Source of the DNA: Stegostoma tigrinum
Taxonomy: Eukaryota
NCBI RefSeq assembly: GCF_030684315.1
Contig: NC_081363.1
Span: 46,097,254-46,161,253 of the forward strand
Direction of reading: 5' to 3'
DNA: 64,000 bases
The position numbers and the translations under genes are program-made. Under the pieces are notes generated by a model. It was not told where the DNA came from, ran no database searches, and saw nothing but the letters and a program-made list of their open reading frames with translations. Positions 58,801-64,000 of this stretch are shown one piece after another; the first letter of the stretch is position 1, and each line of letters starts with the position of its first letter.

Positions 58801-61800
58801 CTGATAATTGTGCAGTGTTTAGTGCATTTGCAACAGAATGAGACGAGGGAGCTAATAATGGGGATCCAGGAAATGGTAGTGGAGTTGAGTAAATACCTTG
58901 CATCAGTTTTCACAGCAGAAGATGACCATTGTATTCCAAAAATACTAAATAGTCAAGGTGCAAAAGGAGGAGACATAATGAAGACAGTAATAATCCTCAG
59001 ATAAAAGATGCTGGGGAATCTAATATTGCTAAAAACTGATAAGTCCCCTGGACCCAATAAGATGCAACCTCGGATGTTAGAAGAAATATGTACAGAGATA
59101 GCGGACGCACTGGTTTTAGTGTTCCAAAAATCTTTATTCTGTAAAAGTCCCAGATGATTTAAAAACTCCCAGTGTTTTAAATTTTTAAAAAAGCAAGGCA
59201 TAAAATGTAACTGTAACCTGTTAGTTTAATATGTTATTTGTAAAATTTTAAACGCTTACAGTAAAGGATGTAAGAGCACAGCATTTAGGGATACATAATA
59301 TGATCTAGCAGACGGGAAAATAATGCCTGACATTTAGTAGAATTTTTTGAGGCGATAACAAGTAGGATAGATAAAGGAGAAGCAGTGAACAGAATATATT
59401 TTGGATTTTCAGGAGGCGTTTGATTGGGTACTATATGTTAAGCCATTTAATAAGATTGACCAAGGATTGATTAATAGACGACAGAGTTGGGAAATGTGGG
59501 TATTTTCAGGATGGTGACCTGTGACTAGTGGAGTGCGACAAGGATGAGTGCTGGGGCCACAGTTATATACAATGTACATCAGTGAGGGAAGTTTATGTAC
59601 TATGGCCTGGTTGAAGACGACATAAAAATAGATGGGAGCACAAGTGTTCAGTAAACAGTATCTATAGGGGGATATAAACAGGTTAAACAGGTAGGTGGAC
59701 TCAAGGCAGATGGAATATAAGGAAGAATAGAGCAACTAAATATTTAAATTAAGAAAGATGCTGCACAGAGGGATTTGGGGGCGTTAAGCATAAACTATTG
59801 GGTTAGCACTCAAATTCACTTGCTAAAAGGCAAGGTAAATGGAATATTGGCCTTTCTTTCAAAGGGAACGTATTTGAAAATTAGAGATACTTTGCTGAAA
59901 CTATACAAGGCACTAGTCAGATCACAGCTGGAATACTATGAATGACTTTGGTCGCTTTGCCTAAGGAAAGATGTATTGGTGTTGGAGGTAGTCCAGAGAA
60001 GGCTCACTTGGTCAAAACGAGGTATGGAGAATAGATTGAGTAAGTTGGGTGTGTACCCATTGGAATTTATAAGAATGAGAGGCAGTCTTATTGAAACAAA
60101 CAAGATTCTTATGGGACTTGATAGGGTAGATACAGAAACGTTATTCACCTTGTGGGAGAGGCTAGGACCAGAGGGCATAATCTCAGAATTGGGGGTCACC
60201 ATTTAAGACATGAAGAGAAATCTCTTCTCAGAGTAGTGAATCTGTGGAATTTTATACTATAGAGGATTATTGATGCTGGGTCAATAAGTATATTCAAGGC
60301 TACGATGGACAGATATTTAATCAATAGAAGAATCAAGGGTTACGGGGTAAAGGCCGAAAAGTGGAGGTGAACCATGATCATCTTGAATGGCCTACTTCAG
60401 CTCCTGTTGTCTTTTGATCTCAGATGTAGAAACAGGTTGTCTTTTGATCTCAGATGTAGAAACAGTTCTTGTCCATATGCAGTACGCCTTGCCAATATTG
60501 GCCAGTACCATATGCATCACCTAATTGTCAGGCAATGATCATCTCCTCCACCAGCAGAGGACCTAATCATTTATCCTTGATATTCAAGTGCATTGATTTT
60601 GCTAAATCCTAAATTGTCAGCATTCTGACTAGAGGCTGGGCCAGGCATGTAAACGGACCAGCTACAAGAACAGATTAGAGGCTAGGAATTTGGAGGCAAT
60701 TACTCATCTCCTGGTTGCCCAATGTACCTGGCACGAGTTAGGAGTGTGATGGAATACTGCATACTTTCTTGAACGGGTGTGGCTTCAGCAACACTGCAGA
60801 CATTTGACATTGTTCAGTTCAAAATAGCCCACTTGTTGATACCCATTCACCATCTTCCCCATTTCCCCATCTTGCAGTTTGTACCATTTCCAAGATACAC
60901 AGTAGTAATTTATCAAAGTTGTTTCAACATCACCTTACAAACCTGCGACCCCTGCCGTTTATATGGGAGCACCACTATCTGCAAGTTTCCCTCCAAGCCA
61001 TGTACCATCCGGACTTGGAATTATTCACCATTCCTGCACTATTGCAGGATCAGAATCCTGGAATTCTTAACGGTATTGTGGGTGAACTTGGATTCAAGAA
61101 GAGAACTCACCACCACATTCTCAAGCTCAGTTAGTACTCAACCGTGAAAGATATCAAAGTCACATCATCCGAAAAGGTGGTGCCCAGAACTGGGCACAGC
61201 ACTCTAGTTGAGGCCAAACTAATGTTCTGCACAAAGTTTACAAAACTTTCTTGCATTTGTACTGCTGGTAAAGCCTAGCCTGCTGTAAGTTTTTTTTAAA
61301 ATCAGCCTGTTCAGGGATGTTATGACAGATGTTTGAAGCAGGTGGAACTTGAAACCAGCACACACCACCCCCCCCCCCCCCCCCGGATCAGAGATAGGGA
61401 CACTACCAGTCACAAGAATCAAAGCCTGCTGTATGCTTTTGCTTTCTCAACTTATCCTGTCACTTCATTGTTTTCTGTGCAAAACTCTACATCTAGGACC
61501 CTCTAATCTAGTGCCCTCTTTAGAATTGACCAAGCAGTTAATGTAATAGCAATTTTCAAGCCATGCTGCTACATTTTCCTTTTATACCATATGTCTAGTC
61601 TTTCTGATAAGCCTGTGGTGAACTACCTATTTGAACACTTTCTGACAGTCCACATGAAACATTCCCATTTCTGTCCACATGATCATTTCTTCAGAAAGCT
61701 ACTAATTTCATTAAACACAACTTTTAAATAAGTTAGAGGAAGAGGACTGGTGTTCCCAAACTGAACTGTGACCAGTGGCAGTTGTGAAGATAAAGCAATT

Positions 61801-63632
61801 TGTTTCTTGAAAGTGAACAGAAAAGCTGTGAATCACTTGTCCATCTCCTAATGATTAGTTAGGAAATCACCAATGCCAAGAAGCAGTTCACTTGCTTAAT
61901 CTTTTACTTGAGAAATAATTTGGACAGGAACTAGGAGAAAGGGGAAATAAATGAGTTGGGTTTTGCATAGAAAAAATAACAGTTTGGAAAGATGTTCATA
62001 GTATGTATCTTTACTTTTTTGTTTTTAGGGATGCATTTACATATGTTCAGGAAAGGAGATTTTGTATTAATCCAAATGCTGGATTTGTCCATCAGCTGCA
62101 GGTAACTGGCTTGTCTTTTTATTAATTACCACAAAATACTCATTTATATTGATAATGTAACATTTGTGAGCTATTTTTTAAAATTGCTTTGACACAAGAT
62201 GTATATGTTTTAAAATGAATGCTGATGTATTATCATTTTATATAGTTTAGGCTTTATTTACTTTTTAAACTACACACTTTGCAAACTGTAAAGCCTAGGT
62301 TTTCTCACCTGCAAGAGAGCAGACATAAGGTGCAGGGGCAAGGGGAGACCATATGACCTCATAAGCCTGCTCTACCACTTGATCTTCTACCTTCACTCTG
62401 TTTTTTCTACCTATTTCCCGTATCCCTTCACTCCCTCTCTAAGTGGCTAAAGGTCTGTTTATTTCAACCAGAAATGTCTTTAATAAGTGAGTGTCCATGA
62501 CTGGGCTAGATTATTTCAAAGGTGAACAGCCCTTTGAAGAAATTGCCTCTCATCACTAGTCTTAAATGAACCAGCCCTTATCCTGTGACAGTGTCCTGGG
62601 GGTTCTGAATTCCCCAGCCTGGGAAACAATTTCTGAGTCAAGCCTGTCAAATTCCTTCAGATCTTGATTGAAACAATCATCTTTCATTCTTCTAAGCTTC
62701 AATATAGGCCCAATTTGCACAGCCTTTGGTTGTAAGTTAACCCCACAAGGAAACCAGACCAGTAATCTTTGCTGTGCTGCCTCAAAGGCAGGTATGTCTT
62801 GCCTTAGATGTATAGAAACATCTGTAGACCAGATGGGGACGTGTCAAAGTCCTGTTAAATTAATTTGAACAATTAATTACCAATTTGGTGTAGACCGGGG
62901 ATATGGTAGGCACCCCCAACTAAGGTTGTAGCCCAGCAAGTAGTTAGAGAATTTAGCAGAGGTAGGACTGAGAAGGCAGCTAAATCAGATTGGTTTGTGT
63001 TAAATAAGGTACAGATTAAAGAAATAGAGGGGGGAGAAAGGAAAGCTGGATCAAAAGGGAGCAGAGACAGAAAAAGGAAGGGAAAAAGTCAACAGAATTT
63101 GGCATTTACAAATTCTTCCAACAATAATCCATAAGGAATGATGCACCATACTTTTAATTGTTCACCTTTTGGGAAGGACAGATTGATTGTCACTTAGTGA
63201 TTGTGTACCTTTGTTAAATTGGTACTTGCACTGTTATTGGCAAGAGAGAACTTGCTGTGGGGAGTTTTGGCAATGAGCAAATGCAGCAACTTCACAAAAC
63301 TTGTGGGAGATAAGGGCATGATGCCTGTTTTGTGAAGCTTACAGCAGAGTGGTGCAACACAGTCAGCAGCATTATGCAATAGGCAATTCCCAGAGTGTCT
63401 GTCCCTTACTTGTTATTGGCTGATTTTTGCATGTTCCAAAAATTGTAGAAAAATGTGAGAGGGGTGTTAAGCTGTTCTAGATGTTTGCTTTAGTCAAATC
63501 AAAAATCATTTTTTTAATAAAAGCTAACTTACAAACTGTTCTATAAATAGGAGTATGAAGCCATTTATTTAGCAAAATTGACAATAAAGATGATGTCACC
63601 ACTTCAACTGGGCAGATCAGTTTCTGCACAAG
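34474..63632 (+). CDS. STYX: Serine/threonine/tyrosine-interacting protein (pseudophosphatase), coding exons 1-10, 3'-partial
   Basis: join(34474-34530,37886-37918,39613-39666,46037-46134,48829-48889,52199-52235,52321-52360,52459-52509,62029-62101,63551-63632) = 586 nt, open, all GT-AG. Diagnostic HGNAGISR motif with Gly in place of the catalytic Cys. Confidence 0.97.
37886..37918 (+). CDS. STYX: STYX coding exon 2
   Basis: DWMYPMRRAMQ, AG/GT flanks. Confidence 0.93.
37996..38282 (-). mobile_element. HE1-like tRNA-derived SINE
   Basis: The minus strand has a B-box GGTTCAATTCC and the core GTCTGTGTGGAGTTTGCACGTTCT, with a CR1/HER1-like tail. Confidence 0.8.
39613..39666 (+). CDS. STYX: STYX coding exon 3
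   Basis: EILPGLYLGPYSAAMKSK. Confidence 0.96.
41162..41369. mobile_element. Tigger/pogo-like MITE inserted at TA within a CR1 fragment (about 40650-41700, minus)
   Basis: TA-CAGACAGTCCCCAAGTTG left end, internal TTCGTAAG-like subrepeats, degenerate right end ..TG-TA. Confidence 0.5.
44050..45960 (-). mobile_element. Degenerate CR1 ORF2 fragment
   Basis: TRGHNL..RVVNLWNS motif on the minus strand; contains a poly-C tract. Confidence 0.8.
44423..44448. repeat. Poly-C tract (another at 61368-61384)
   Basis: About 26 consecutive C. Confidence 0.9.
46037..46134 (+). CDS. STYX: STYX coding exon 4
   Basis: LPILEENGITHIICVRQDIEANFIKANFQEKFR. Confidence 0.96.
46345..47922 (+). mobile_element. Internally deleted CR1 (ORF1 head fused to ORF2 pieces plus 3' UTR)
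   Basis: ORF1-type zinc-finger segment FTCKKCTQ; ORF2 motifs GPDGIY, NYRPVSLSS and KTLVRPHLEYCVQFW. Confidence 0.88.
48070..48715 (-). mobile_element. Two adjacent tRNA-derived SINE copies
   Basis: Reverse complement of the 13167-13515 family. Confidence 0.75.
48829..48889 (+). CDS. STYX: STYX coding exon 5
   Basis: YLVLDIADNPVENIIRYFPV. Confidence 0.96.
49180..49890. mobile_element. Old degenerate Penelope-like fragment in STYX intron 5
   Basis: The minus strand near 49535-49596 resembles EQHLIFRLGTLQP.GLNVE. Plus-strand TAFNLVCCICC resembles the GIY-YIG N-terminal segment. Confidence 0.55.
49915..51640 (+). mobile_element. CR1 fragments (49915-51060 and 51270-51640)
   Basis: FRKAFDIVP, LRGDLIEVF, QRDLGVLVH and YRVLVRPHLE motifs. 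Confidence 0.85.
52199..52235 (+). CDS. STYX: STYX coding exon 6
   Basis: TKEFIDGCLENG. Confidence 0.95.
52321..52360 (+). CDS. STYX: STYX coding exon 7 (pseudo-active site)
   Basis: GKVLLHGNAGISR. Confidence 0.96.
52459..52509 (+). CDS. STYX: STYX coding exon 8
   Basis: SAALVIAYIMETFGVKYR. Confidence 0.96.
52990..55700 (-). mobile_element. Long degenerate CR1 ORF2 (APE endonuclease to 3' end)
   Basis: GEHFGISDHN endonuclease motif and LNWEKANY on the minus strand; CR1 tail near 53000. Confidence 0.85.
58835..60420 (+). mobile_element. CR1 fragment nested in an older LINE (58280-58820 and 60470-61140)
   Basis: ELSKYLASVFT, KSPGP and MRGSLIETNKIL motifs. The flanks look like consecutive parts of another LINE. 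Confidence 0.8.
60406..60465. repeat. Perfect 30 bp tandem duplication
   Basis: GTTGTCTTTTGATCTCAGATGTAGAAACAG x2. Confidence 0.95.
62029..62101 (+). CDS. STYX: STYX coding exon 9
   Basis: DAFTYVQERRFCINPNAGFVHQLQ. Confidence 0.96.
62320..62830 (-). mobile_element. CR1 3' fragment
   Basis: Reverse-complement CR1 tail and ORF2 end. Confidence 0.65.
63551..63632 (+). CDS. STYX: STYX coding exon 10
   Basis: EYEAIYLAKLTIKMMSPLQLGRSVSAQ, donor G|GTTAGT. Confidence 0.93.
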
Positions 63633-64000
63633 GTTAGTAATTGTTGAAAATGATTTCTTGGATTTTCTTGTGTTAAGTAATACTACCGATAAATTGTGTT
63701 TGGCTAATATAGCGTTTTGAAATATGCTGAAAACCTCATCTTAATACAAAGCTGAAACCTTTGAATCATTAGACATGTTGCAGTTATTGATTAAAAATGT
63801 TACAGCCTGAAAATAAGCTGCTGGGAATACAGATATTGACATAGTTGGAGAAGTGATGTTATTTCTGACACTCAAATATCCAATGTAAATAAAGAACAAT
63901 ATTTTGGAAAGAGAAGGGCACGTACCCATTATAACCATGTGCTGAACAATTTTTTTATTTTTTGCCCCCAATACTTTGCATGTGCACAAGGCAGATCTAA

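Overview
This is eukaryotic, AT-rich vertebrate genomic DNA, not prokaryotic. The repeat content (HE1-like and other tRNA-derived SINEs, abundant CR1 LINEs, Penelope-like elements) points to a cartilaginous fish, most likely a shark; the species cannot be fixed from the sequence. The window covers the ERO1A(-)/PSMC6(+)/STYX(+) block, in the same gene order as human 14q22. It holds a probable first coding exon of ERO1A (5654-5758, minus strand), the complete 14-exon PSMC6 CDS (9803-29808, 1170 nt, 389 aa) and coding exons 1-10 of the pseudophosphatase STYX (34474-63632, last exon outside the window). All introns are GT-AG. Most ORFs in the supplied track are spurious or LINE debris. The most notable non-genic signal is a family of short fold-back (inverted-repeat) insertions with 13-16 bp target-site duplications and a one-sided ~30-35 bp tail. 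They carry minimal, dimer-type hammerhead ribozyme motifs (CUGAUGA-A-stem II-GAAACGUC), and one 1.1 kb copy in PSMC6 intron 4 links them to a Penelope-like RT/GIY-YIG retroelement. Other leads are a candidate alternative Cys-rich first exon of STYX, loss of a conserved N-terminal Cys in ERO1A, an HRE cluster at the ERO1A promoter and a tandem ARE in PSMC6 intron 1. All comparisons with human proteins are from memory; no searches were run.
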